A stretch of DNA of 64,000 bases from Bdellovibrionales bacterium (GTDB lineage Bacteria; Bdellovibrionota; Bdellovibrionia; Bdellovibrionales; JAUICD01), in the NCBI GenBank assembly GCA_965262715.1, contig OZ253553.1, positions 352,001 through 416,000 of the forward strand, given 5' to 3'. Numbering within the stretch: the first letter of the stretch is position 1; each line of letters opens with the position of its first letter. The position numbers and the translations under genes are program-made. The notes beneath the pieces are model-generated. The model searched no databases and was not told the DNA's origin. It saw only the letters and a list, made by a program, of their open reading frames with translations. This document shows, in pieces, positions 51,750 to 61,824 of the stretch.

Positions 51750-52154
51750 TAGGTTCTATTCCATTGATATTATTAACTTATGCTGCTCATTATGAGTTTT
51801 TTTAGCTATACTTTAGACTATTTGCTTAGTTATTTATTTTATCGGTTTTTTTTCTGGACTTTTGAGCAAAAAATACATATTTTGTAGTTATTTTATTAAC
51901 GGTCTTACGTAAAATATTTTTTTGATACAACATATATATTTTTGTTGTGGTAGACTTCGTTATTTGATTTAGGTAAGTAGCTGATGAGACAAAGACTTTT
52001 TATTCCACAATAAGATTATAAAGTCATGATACTACTGGCACAAGGGTTGTCTATTGTCAGTAAAGAAGGCTGCTATAACAACATAGGTTGTAACTATTTT
52101 TGTAGGATCAGTTATTTAGTGTTTTTGTAGAAATAAAAAGATAAGGGGTTAAAA

Positions 52155-52487
52155 ATGTCAGTTGATGAGCAAGCTGAAGCAACAGGTAGGAGTTTTCAAT
52201 TAAGTGTCCTTGAGTCTCAAAAACTCGTTTTGGTGGATTTTTGGGCACCATGGTGCGTGCCGTGTAAGGCTGTAGCTCCAAAGCTGGAAGCGGTTTTGAA
52301 AGATTTAAATGGTAAATTTGATCTTGTCAAAGTAAATATTGAAGAGAACAATGAAGTTCCAAAAAATTATGATGTACGTAGCATTCCTACATTGGTTTTA
52401 TTTAAAGATGGTCAACCAATTGATCGTATGGTAGGTAATCATTCTCAAGAAGACATTAAATCTTTTGTTGAAAAATATATATCATAA
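52155..52487 (+). CDS. trxA: Thioredoxin
   Basis: VLVDFWAPWCVPCK, VRSIPTLVLFKDG. Confidence 0.9.
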   Translation: MSVDEQAEATGRSFQLSVLESQKLVLVDFWAPWCVPCKAVAPKLEAVLKDLNGKFDLVKVNIEENNEVPKNYDVRSIPTLVLFKDGQPIDRMVGNHSQEDIKSFVEKYIS

Positions 52488-52746
52488 TGGGATGTTTCAT
52501 TTTGAGCAGATAAAATATTTAGAACTGGTCTCAAAAATAAATATTTTGCATTTTGCTTTTGCGAATTAAAAGTTAAAATAGCAAGTCTGTGCTACAAGGG
52601 ACTTCGGTAACACTTTCTTCAAGACAAAAGGTAATAGAATAGATAAGTTAAATTCATATAGATGCGTGTAGGTCCTCTGCCGCTATTGAGAATGCCTACC
52701 ATAACTCTCTTATACATGTTTGTGCAACAAGCAAGGCTCTTGTAAA

Positions 52747-53691
52747 TTATATTTTTGTAGATAAGCTTTTTGTTTCTGTTATTTTTTGATACATTAAGCC
52801 TCCAACAAGACCTGAAGCAAAACCTCCAAGATGTGCCGTATGGGCAATATAAACAAATCCTGGTAAGGTGCTAAGATATCCTGAGATATCTGTCAGTAAC
52901 CACACTCCTATAAATAACCATGTTGGAAGAAAAATCCATCTCCACCATCCTTGTATGGGTAAAATGCCTAGTAATAACCTTACAGGCTGTCGAAAGCACA
53001 GCACAGCAAATATTCCAATAAGAGCATTGATGGAAGCGCTTGCTCCGATCAAGGGAGAAAAAGACAAACTTGATATTTTAGCAAATGTTATAGCTCCTAC
53101 ACATCCTCCTAATAAGTAATTGAATAAGAAAAAAAGATGACCAATGAGTGGCTCTAAAAATCCTCCAAAAATTAGTAAAAACCAGCAATTAAATAACAAA
53201 TGCAAGATGTTTCCATGAATGAATTGATAGCTTAAAAAATGGTACCATTCTTGATTTTTAACAGAAAGTCCAAAATAGAAGCTAGGAGCTTTTTCTTTTT
53301 GCTTAAGATATATATCTAATTTTTGATTCCAATAATCATTTTCTACTTCATCTTTAGATGAAAATAAATCTCTTGCTTTCAAAAATGACCAATCTTGAAA
53401 AGCTAATTTTCCTAGTAGCGATGTCTGCTCTAATTGACCTGACAATGAGGCTGAAGCCATATCAAGTAAAAAGTTATCATACTCTTCTTCATTGTTGATT
53501 AAATGCTGTGTGTATGCTCTCCCTTGAGCTCTTATAAACGATTTATCGCTTAATAAAGATTTTTGAAAACTTTGTACCTTCGTCTCTTCTATTTTAAAAC
53601 ATGTAAAACAAGTTACATACAATAATACAAGTATCCATGTTATAGGGGCTTTCTTGAAAGAAGGTGGTCCAGATAAAAAAGGTAGGATCAT
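52747..53691 (-). CDS. Rhomboid family intramembrane serine protease
   Basis: FIHGNILHLLFN, IGASA, AHTAHLGGF. Confidence 0.9.
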   Translation of the reverse strand: MILPFLSGPPSFKKAPITWILVLLYVTCFTCFKIEETKVQSFQKSLLSDKSFIRAQGRAYTQHLINNEEEYDNFLLDMASASLSGQLEQTSLLGKLAFQDWSFLKARDLFSSKDEVENDYWNQKLDIYLKQKEKAPSFYFGLSVKNQEWYHFLSYQFIHGNILHLLFNCWFLLIFGGFLEPLIGHLFFLFNYLLGGCVGAITFAKISSLSFSPLIGASASINALIGIFAVLCFRQPVRLLLGILPIQGWWRWIFLPTWLFIGVWLLTDISGYLSTLPGFVYIAHTAHLGGFASGLVGGLMYQKITETKSLSTKI

Positions 53692-55670
53692 TGCTGTCCA
53701 AACTTAGAGATTAAGGTTTCTTGAATATCTTGGAATTCTTCTTTTGAAGAGACATTAGCGATACTTCTTGTTGGAGATTTTGAATAAACTGGATAACTTT
53801 GATAAGAAAACTTTTGTTGATCATTGTTTTGATCATTGACTGTTCTTAGAATATCCCATGCCTCTTTTTCTTGACCTATTTTATAAGAAGCAATGATGAG
53901 GTTTTGTGTTAGTTTTTGATTATAGGGATCCATTTCAAAGAGCTGATTTCCAATACGGGTTGCTAATATGAGATTGTTCATTTCAAAGGATTTATTGAAA
54001 AGCATAAGTCCCAATGTTCTAGCGTTCCAAGTTGAAACATCAGCTTTAAACCAGTCTTCTGCTAAATCATTGATATCTAAAGGACTGTCTGTAATAAATG
54101 CTAAAAGTTCTTTAGCTTCTTCAAAATAAGGTGAATTGTGTTGAATATAGTTTCCTTCAGAAGCATTTTTTTGTTCTTGAATTAAGCCTTTAAGTATAGC
54201 TTTTGACTCTTTAACTTTTCTTTCTTTTATCAGTCTCATTGCGCGTACTAATTGAAGAGCAGGCATTTCTATCATTTCATCTTCTAGCGCTATATAGTCT
54301 AATTTATCTCTTTGACTACAAATATTAATTTTAATATAGGCCAGAGAGTAAAGGTTATTTTCTAAAAGTAAAGGATCATTTTTCACTGTGCTAGCAAAAT
54401 CTTGGCAATTAGATATAACTTCATTTGTACAGGTTTCCTTAAGTTGTTGCAAACAGTACCAGCTTGATAACTTTAATATATCTTGTGTAGATAAAACTTG
54501 AATAGCAGATTGAAAGGCCACATGTGCTTCTTTTTTTCTTCTTAAGCCCCAAAGTGCTGCTACTCTGTGAGACATAAGATACTCTTTCAGTGGTTTAATA
54601 TGCCAAAGCTGTTGAATAATTTCTTCTTCTGCTTCAAACTCTTTAACTCTTTCAAAGTGCTTTATAGCCCATACTTTCATAAAGCTTTTTGTTTTTTGAT
54701 AATCTAAAGTGCGAAATTTCTGACTTGCTTCTTCCCATTTTTTTTGAGACCATAAATTGACAATTTGACCTAATTGACAGGCTTGACCATCTGAAGATAC
54801 TTCACAGGCTTTTTTTAAGTACTTATCAGATAGTAAAGGCTGATCATCAGAAGTAATAAAAGCATTAGCTAAGTAAGCCATATCTAGGTTTTCGTTGTTA
54901 TAAAAGGCATGCTGAGTTTCTAAATCTAGACATTGATGGTCTATCAAGTAGGCACTATGAAGTGTGAGTGCTATTTCTAGGCGTGATGTTGGATCTTCAT
55001 CATAATTGTAAGGCCATGTACTTTCTAGATCAGTGACCTTATCACAGTAAACTTTATTAGATTCTAAAAGTTTTGATATGCTTGCTTTTTCTTCACTCTT
55101 TTTTATGATTTGATAAGGATAGAAAGTTAACAGAAAAATAATGGAGCATGTAAAGGTGAGAACAATAAATTGCCCAAAAATACTTACTAGTAAAGGTGGA
55201 GCTGGAGTAAATCGGCCTCGTGTAGAGATCACAATAGATTCAGCAATGCGATCGTAAATAGGTCTTCTTTGGTGGTGAAAAAAAATGGCGAGATGAGGTA
55301 TATAGAGTAAAAAAGTACATAGGAGCCAGAAAAACTCTCTTATAATAACATTAAAAGTACTTAGAGGTTGGCCAGACCAAACATTTACCACTTGCAGTCC
55401 GGTAAGTAATTTTCCAGGGGTGCCTCCTTTTATTATTGTGAAAATGGTTCTATATAAAAATGCTAAAACAATTGAAAGTAAAATAGCTAAAAAGATTGTG
55501 ATGAGTAATGAATGGCCCTGTTGAGTAAACTTGAATATTAAAATATATTTTCTTATGGGGGATAAAAATAGACCAAAGATAGTCGCTAAAAAAATAAAGT
55601 CTATTATAAAAGCAATATAACGATCTTTGATACATGCCGGCTTATTGGTTAATAAATTTGGATTGTCCAT
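53688..55670 (-). CDS. RDD family membrane protein with large helical C-terminal domain
   Basis: RYIAFIID, GGTPGKLLTGLQV, RRPIYDRIAES. Confidence 0.8.
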   Translation of the reverse strand: MDNPNLLTNKPACIKDRYIAFIIDFIFLATIFGLFLSPIRKYILIFKFTQQGHSLLITIFLAILLSIVLAFLYRTIFTIIKGGTPGKLLTGLQVVNVWSGQPLSTFNVIIREFFWLLCTFLLYIPHLAIFFHHQRRPIYDRIAESIVISTRGRFTPAPPLLVSIFGQFIVLTFTCSIIFLLTFYPYQIIKKSEEKASISKLLESNKVYCDKVTDLESTWPYNYDEDPTSRLEIALTLHSAYLIDHQCLDLETQHAFYNNENLDMAYLANAFITSDDQPLLSDKYLKKACEVSSDGQACQLGQIVNLWSQKKWEEASQKFRTLDYQKTKSFMKVWAIKHFERVKEFEAEEEIIQQLWHIKPLKEYLMSHRVAALWGLRRKKEAHVAFQSAIQVLSTQDILKLSSWYCLQQLKETCTNEVISNCQDFASTVKNDPLLLENNLYSLAYIKINICSQRDKLDYIALEDEMIEMPALQLVRAMRLIKERKVKESKAILKGLIQEQKNASEGNYIQHNSPYFEEAKELLAFITDSPLDINDLAEDWFKADVSTWNARTLGLMLFNKSFEMNNLILATRIGNQLFEMDPYNQKLTQNLIIASYKIGQEKEAWDILRTVNDQNNDQQKFSYQSYPVYSKSPTRSIANVSSKEEFQDIQETLISKFGQQ

Positions 55671-55701
55671 GATATATTATTTCGGTTGATTTTAAATTGA
55701 A

Positions 55702-57090
55702 CTGTATCCCTAAAAATAGTCTCGCCTCTGGCGACTTTCTGGCATTGCCCTCAGACGTGCTTACGCCGTCTGGCAAATAGGGCAATGCCTAGAAAGCCTG
55801 ACTATTTTTAGGGGGGAGACTCTCTTCGTTTCTTTACATCATGTTAAGGAAATCGTACTGTATATTCCCTAAAATGAACTGGCCTCTGTTCCACTAAAAT
55901 GCATCTCGCCTCTGGCTACTTTCTGGTGATAACCCTGATGGCTCCATCAGAAAATGGTTATCACCTAGAAAGCTTGATGCATTTTAGTAGAGAGGATATC
56001 TTCACTCTCTTACAACATGTTAGGGAAATTATTATTGTTTGTTAGTTAGCCTGAAGACTTGCGTCTTCAGAAAATGGCTTACTGCCTAGAAAGCCTGACT
56101 ATTTTTAGGGGGGAGACTCTCTTCGTTTCTTTACATCATGTTAAGGAAATCGTACTGTATATTCCCTAAAATGAACTGGCCTCTGTTCCACTAAAATGCA
56201 TCTCGCCTCTGGCTACTTTCTGGTGATAACCCTGATGGCTCCATCAGAAAATGGTTATCACCTAGAAAGCTTGATGCATTTTAGTAGAGAGGATATCTTC
56301 ACTCTCTTACAACATGTTAGGGAAATTATTATTGTTTGTTAGTTAGCCTGAAGACTTGCGTCTTCAGAAAATGGCTTACTGCCTAGAAAGCCTGACTATT
56401 TTTAAGGGGGAGACTCTCTTCGTTTCTTTACATCATGTTAAGGAAATCGTACTGTATATTCCCTAAAATGAACTGGCCTCTGTTCCACTAAAATGCATCT
56501 CGCCTCTGTTCCACTAAAATGCATCTCGCCTCTGGCTACTTTCTGGTGATAACCCTGATGGCTCCATCAGAAAATGGTTATCACCTAGAAAGCTTGATGC
56601 ATTTTAGTAGAGAGGATATCTTCACTCTCTTACAACATGTTAGGGAAATTATTATTGTTTGTTAGTTAGCCTGAAGACTTGCGTCTTCAGCAAATGGCTT
56701 ACTGCCTAGAAAGCCTGATGCATTTTAGTAGAAAGGATCTCTTCACTCTCTTACAACATGTTAGGGAAATTATTGTTGTTTGTTAGTTAGCCTGAAGGCT
56801 TACGCTATGGAATATATTCCCTTCAAGAAAATGCTGATTGCCTCAAAAACCTGTTCATTTTTAGGAGGGAGACTCTCTTCGTTTCTTTACATCATGTTAA
56901 GGAAATCGTACTGTATATTCCCTAAAAATAAACCTGCCTCTGTTTCACTAAAATGCATCTGACCTTTCGAGGCGAGCCTCTGGTCACTTTCTGGCAGTAA
57001 GCCTGAAGACTCACGCTACGGGATATATCCCCTTCAAGAAAATGCTGACTATCCAAAAACTGCTAGAAGCAGGTTCATTTTTAGGGAAAT
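55702..57090 (+). repeat. Family A tandem array, 297-bp period (3 units plus variant modules)
   Basis: tgcctagaaagcctga at 55786, 56083, 56380, 56703 (third unit has a 26-bp internal duplication); array ends in an inverted arm 57055-57090. Confidence 0.93.
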
Positions 57091-57241
57091 GAAATAGATG
57101 CAAAAATTCAAGTTACAGATGCCCAGATATTTTGATTCCGGGTACAGTATGCCAGAGTGCCGGGTTGCCAGATTCCGGAAAAAAAGGATGCTTAAGTAGT
57201 TATGAACTATAATAAATTCATAGTTTTTGAGATAGTTCGGG

Positions 57242-58393
57242 TTACTCTATTATAAAGTCAGCTGTACCATTAAGTTGTGATCGTTTTCTGAGATACTGCC
57301 TGTGAACCATATCAAAGATATTATTGTTTGAAAGACCAATAAGATCATCTCCATATTGCTTTGATAACATTTTCAACTCATTATTTGAATCTGATGAACC
57401 TGAGCTTAAGCCTCTTATGTTTTGTAGTTTTTGTTGATTATTTAAGATATCTTGGAAACTTGGAGGCCGCCAATCTGAACTAAAAGATGAAGTGGTATAA
57501 CCATTACCATTGATGCCTTGGTTTTTTTGGATGTTAGTAATTCCATTTTCTTTTATACCTTTAACTTTTTGGTTTGCTATATTGTAGGGTGAGTTCTTAT
57601 CAGATTGAGCTTTTGCAGCTAGTCGTTTTGCTTTATTTTTTGCTGATTTGATAATTCCAGCTATTTTAGCATTTCCTTGACGTATAGCTTGTCGTTCAAT
57701 CTTTTTTTCTTGTTTTTTAAACTCTTTAAACTTTTCAGGTGGAAGACCTAAAGCTTTGAACCCTTTTTTTGTAAAAATATCTTTTGCAGGTATGCTTTTG
57801 CCTCCAGGGAGGGTTACACGATTACTTTTTGGATCAAATGTATAACCTTTGCCTTTATAATATTCAGCATCTTTTTGAGTCTGTTGGTATATTTTCTCAA
57901 CATAATCATCAAGCTCTTGATCGATAAGAGATCTTTGTAGATCTTGCAAATTAATTGTTGCAAAATAACGTCTATCATCCCAGTCTCGTTGATTAAATTC
58001 ACCTGTGGATATAGAGGGGTCATAAGGTCTTGTATCTGTAAGTTGGTCTGCAGTTGCTATGGATACTTTTTCAGAAGCCCTATGGGATGAAGTTTGCGCA
58101 GTAAGTATAGGAGCTGCAGCTGCAGCTGCTGTTGGGCTCAGTCTTTTTAGTACTTCCCAATGTGCATAATTAATAGCTATGGCTTCGGTTATAGTTTTTA
58201 TTTGCTTGCTTGCACTGGTTTTGAAAGAGTCATCTTTTGACGTTTTATAAGGAGCTATTTTATTTAGCCAACGTGCATCGGGTGGTGGTGATTGACTAAT
58301 GGCAAAATTAGGAAGAAAACTTATAATTGTAATAGCAACTAAATGCGAGATATAAAAAAAGTAATGGCTTTTTAAAAAATGATGGTTGTTCAT
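57242..58393 (-). CDS. Secreted basic hypothetical protein
   Basis: Signal peptide; C-terminal IGLSNNNIFDMVHRQY; ATG 58393 preferred. Confidence 0.65.
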   Translation of the reverse strand: MNNHHFLKSHYFFYISHLVAITIISFLPNFAISQSPPPDARWLNKIAPYKTSKDDSFKTSASKQIKTITEAIAINYAHWEVLKRLSPTAAAAAAPILTAQTSSHRASEKVSIATADQLTDTRPYDPSISTGEFNQRDWDDRRYFATINLQDLQRSLIDQELDDYVEKIYQQTQKDAEYYKGKGYTFDPKSNRVTLPGGKSIPAKDIFTKKGFKALGLPPEKFKEFKKQEKKIERQAIRQGNAKIAGIIKSAKNKAKRLAAKAQSDKNSPYNIANQKVKGIKENGITNIQKNQGINGNGYTTSSFSSDWRPPSFQDILNNQQKLQNIRGLSSGSSDSNNELKMLSKQYGDDLIGLSNNNIFDMVHRQYLRKRSQLNGTADFIIE

Positions 58394-58474
58394 GTTATCC
58401 CTTCTTTGATAATTATTTTCCTTAAAATAAGGCCTTTGTGTTTTTCTTTTATACAAAAAAGTCAAAATGGATGT

Positions 58475-59998
58475 TTATTTAAACACGTTTTGACGCCTGT
58501 CATTCATAGCTCTTGAAACTTTTTGAAAGTTTGAAAGTCCATTAGCTGAAGTAATTTCATCAGCACCCCCAACTCCTGCTATGTTACGCCCTGTTTTATT
58601 TGCTTTTTTATCAAAAAGGTTTTTAGGTAGTGCAAAACTGTTAAGGTTTTTTCTAAGTCCAGTTCCTTTGTTTTTACCTTGATAGCCACTGCCACCAAAA
58701 CCGGAAGAAGCTCCACGAGAACTGCCTACATCTCCTAAAATAGCTGTGTCTATTCCAGGATCTACATTTTCTTCATAAGGACCTTCATCACCACCTTCTT
58801 CTTCTTCTCCACCGGCACCACCAAAGCCGCCGCCACCGCCTCCAAAACCGCCGCCACCGCCTCCTCCAGGAGTAGACGCCAGTGATGGTGAGCTTGGATT
58901 ACCACTATCACCATTTCCTGTGTACCCTGGTGGTGTAAGAAGCAGATCTTCTTCATCTTCGTGATCACTTGGATCAAAGGTGGGATTTGAAAGGCTTGCT
59001 GTTGAAAGTGCTTTATTTCTTCTGGGGTTGAAGTCAGGTGAGCCTGGGAGCTCTTGCCCAGGTGGAAAATTTGTAGGCTCTACTCCTAAACATTCCATAA
59101 GACGATCGCCAGCAAGTCCTGTACAAGGAGCCTCTGGTTGTTGTGCGCCTGTTATACATTCTGTAAGTTCTCTATTTACTTGCGCGCAAGAAGATCCACT
59201 TGCTCCTGAATTTGCTACACAGTCTTGACGTCTTTGACTGATTTCACCACAAGTACCTCCTCCTGCATTCTGATCAGGGCAATCTGCTGAATTTATCACT
59301 TGTACTAAATTAGTAATCACTGATGGTCCTCCTATCACAAGAGTCCAATTTCTTTTTGAGGCGCACTCATCAGCTAGATATTGTGCGTTTGGATCAAATG
59401 GAGCAGCAGCACTGCAAGCACTTGTACATTTTTTGAGAGCAACAAGGCAGAGACCAAGAGTTGTGGTATTGATTCCGAGTGCCCACTTGTTTAACTCCTT
59501 ATTTCTTTGACAGATAGCTTGTATATCACCAGTTGCCTCAGAACTTTTGAAGGCTTGAAGTGCGGCTATAATTGCTGGTGAAAATTGAGAGGCATTGCAG
59601 GTGGATTGCCATGCAGAGCTGTGAGCTGATTGACAAGCATTAATTTTCTCTTGTTGTTCTTTTATAGTAGCTTGTATAGTAGCTTGTTGTTCTGCAATTT
59701 CCTCATTAAGCCTTTGATTAAATATTTGGCAGTTAGAATCAGGAGGGCCTACAACATCAGGGTCCTGACTACTACAGTCAGGGTAAGCAGTATTTTGAGC
59801 TTGTACTGCTTCTTGTTGTTCTGTTGGTAGGGTACTTATTCTTGTACAAGCTTTGCTGTTTGATGGTAAGGAGTCATAATCTATAGGTTTGATAAAACCA
59901 GTGGGACAGGCTGCTAATACATTATTGATATTAAGGAAAAATGAAAAAAAGATCAAAACAGATAACAAATATATTTTTTGCTTACTTAATGTTTTCAT
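58475..59998 (-). CDS. Secreted Cys-rich / Gly-rich hypothetical protein
   Basis: Signal peptide, many Cys, poly-Gly and acidic tracts. Confidence 0.7.
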   Translation of the reverse strand: MKTLSKQKIYLLSVLIFFSFFLNINNVLAACPTGFIKPIDYDSLPSNSKACTRISTLPTEQQEAVQAQNTAYPDCSSQDPDVVGPPDSNCQIFNQRLNEEIAEQQATIQATIKEQQEKINACQSAHSSAWQSTCNASQFSPAIIAALQAFKSSEATGDIQAICQRNKELNKWALGINTTTLGLCLVALKKCTSACSAAAPFDPNAQYLADECASKRNWTLVIGGPSVITNLVQVINSADCPDQNAGGGTCGEISQRRQDCVANSGASGSSCAQVNRELTECITGAQQPEAPCTGLAGDRLMECLGVEPTNFPPGQELPGSPDFNPRRNKALSTASLSNPTFDPSDHEDEEDLLLTPPGYTGNGDSGNPSSPSLASTPGGGGGGGFGGGGGGFGGAGGEEEEGGDEGPYEENVDPGIDTAILGDVGSSRGASSGFGGSGYQGKNKGTGLRKNLNSFALPKNLFDKKANKTGRNIAGVGGADEITSANGLSNFQKVSRAMNDRRQNVFK

Positions 59999-60054
59999 TA
60001 ATAAGAACCCCTTCTTTCTAAGATAAAATCAAATCATTCCCTATTTAAAAATAA

Positions 60055-60070
60055 TGCAAAGATTATGCCT
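60055..60070 (-). promoter_or_regulatory. Candidate sigma-54 promoter
   Basis: Minus strand AGGCATAATCTTTGCA (GG-N10-GC), 57 bp upstream of ATG 59998. Confidence 0.4.
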
Positions 60071-60147
60071 TTTGCTTTAAATGCAAAGGAAGTGCTTTTA
60101 TGTGTTAGAAAACTGGATAGGTGTAAAAAGAGTTGACAGTTTATTTA

Positions 60148-60330
60148 TCAGGCAATCGGGCATTCCGGCAGTCAGTTCCCGGGAGCAGTTGCCAGAATGC
60201 CGGATTGCCAGAATCCCGGCAAACTGGCAATTTGTATCTAGTATCATAATGTCAAAATACAAAATGTTACTTAATGTCTCAATGTATAACGGACTCTGCT
60301 GCCGGTAAACTAATTGCCGGGCTGCCGGAT
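60148..60330. repeat. Family B octamer-repeat hairpins
   Basis: tcaggcaa tcgggcat tccggcag ... ttgccaga atgccgga ttgccaga. Confidence 0.65.
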
Positions 60331-60458
60331 GTTAAATATAAGATATAGAATCCATTCTGAACACATTAGGTTATATTTTTGACTCAAAAAAAATCATAAT
60401 TTGTCTCATGTTATTTAAAACTTTAGCCGAAGTTTATTTATACAATCTTTAATTAATA

Positions 60459-61796
60459 CGTAACTTCAAATCGCAAGTGCAACTCTTTTGTGTTTATAGA
60501 TATTTTTAAAAGTTGTATCATTTTAAGATTAATATTTCAACAAAGTTTTAATTATCATGAAAGATTATAGTAAATTATTTAATTTGAATGAATGTATTTT
60601 GATGTTTATGGCAAAGTCTCGTAGTCCTCGAGCTAAAGCTCTGCGGAAGAACGATCCTTTGCCATAAACATCAAGCTGTCAAATAAGCATCTTCAGAAGT
60701 TATTATATATAAGTAAAATTAAATGGATAAACTATGAATAACTTCAGCAAACCATCTTTTGTCTATGAAACTCATTAGGGGTTAGAAAGCCTAAACTTTT
60801 TCGAGGGCGATGGTTTAAAAGAGACTCAACCTTTTTTACATCCTTAGAGGTGACTTCTCTAAAATCTGTCTTCTTTGGAAAATACTGACGGATTAAACCA
60901 TTCGTGTTCTCATTTAAACCTCTCTCATATGAACTGTAAGGATGTGCAAAATAAACTTTACATCCAGTATATTCACTGATCTTCTCATGACACGAAAACT
61001 CTTTACCATTATCCAAAGTCATTGTATGAACAACCTCTCCTTTAAGAGCTTTAGAAATAGCATGAAAAACTGCCTCAGATCTCTTAGATGCTATTTTGAC
61101 AATCCTCGTCTTCTTAGAACATCTATCTACCAGCGTGACTAAAGCTCCTTTATGATGTCTACCTATCATTAGATCACCTTCCCAGTCTCCTATCCGAAGC
61201 TTCTTATCTACTATCTTAGGCTTTTTATCAATGCTCACTCTATTCTTTATCTGACCCCTTTTATCAAATCTACTTGTACCATATCGCTTCTTCCGTTGCC
61301 TCTGACATCTTAAAAATTTGTAGAGATCTCCTCCTGATTGCTTATCTCCAAGAATATGCTGATAAATACTCTCATGACTTATAGACAAACCTTTTGGTTT
61401 AAGAAAACCGGATATCTGTTCCGGACTCAAACGATCACGAAGAAACCTCTCAAGCTTATTAATGACTTTTTGTGTTATCTTTATATGTCTATGAGAGTTT
61501 TGAAGACGATCGACTGCTTTTTCATGGGCTTGTTGAGGACGATAACCTCGCAAGCCTTTGTTACGATTCAATTCCCTATATATGGTGCTTTTATCTCGAC
61601 CTACCTGAGTAGCAATTGAACTTATTGATTTTCCACTTTGCAAAAAAGCTAAAATCTGGTATCTCTCATGTTGGGTTAGATGAGTGTAATTGCTCATGGA
61701 ATACTCCTTTCATTATTTAAAGAGATTGATTAGAGTATTCCTCTAACCCGCTTTAAATAACTATGCAAGGAGTTGCACTTACAACTTGAATCCACC
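60459..61796 (-). mobile_element. IS30 family insertion sequence, complete, 1338 bp
   Basis: Both IRs; 3-bp TSD ATA. Confidence 0.95.
60744..61697 (-). CDS. IS30 family transposase
   Basis: 317 aa, near-identical to 47968-48921. Confidence 0.97.
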   Translation of the reverse strand: MSNYTHLTQHERYQILAFLQSGKSISSIATQVGRDKSTIYRELNRNKGLRGYRPQQAHEKAVDRLQNSHRHIKITQKVINKLERFLRDRLSPEQISGFLKPKGLSISHESIYQHILGDKQSGGDLYKFLRCQRQRKKRYGTSRFDKRGQIKNRVSIDKKPKIVDKKLRIGDWEGDLMIGRHHKGALVTLVDRCSKKTRIVKIASKRSEAVFHAISKALKGEVVHTMTLDNGKEFSCHEKISEYTGCKVYFAHPYSSYERGLNENTNGLIRQYFPKKTDFREVTSKDVKKVESLLNHRPRKSLGFLTPNEFHRQKMVC

Positions 61797-61824
61797 ATAT
61801 CAAAAAAGTACAGGTCGTTATTTT

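Noticed and set aside
55702..57090. CRISPR array
   Set aside because: Units are ~300 bp and near-identical, with no unique spacers and no cas genes; the same applies to 34412-35699
61786..61824. TTG start of ORF 61786
   Set aside because: It lies inside the IS30 inverted repeat; ATG 61825/61828 is more plausible
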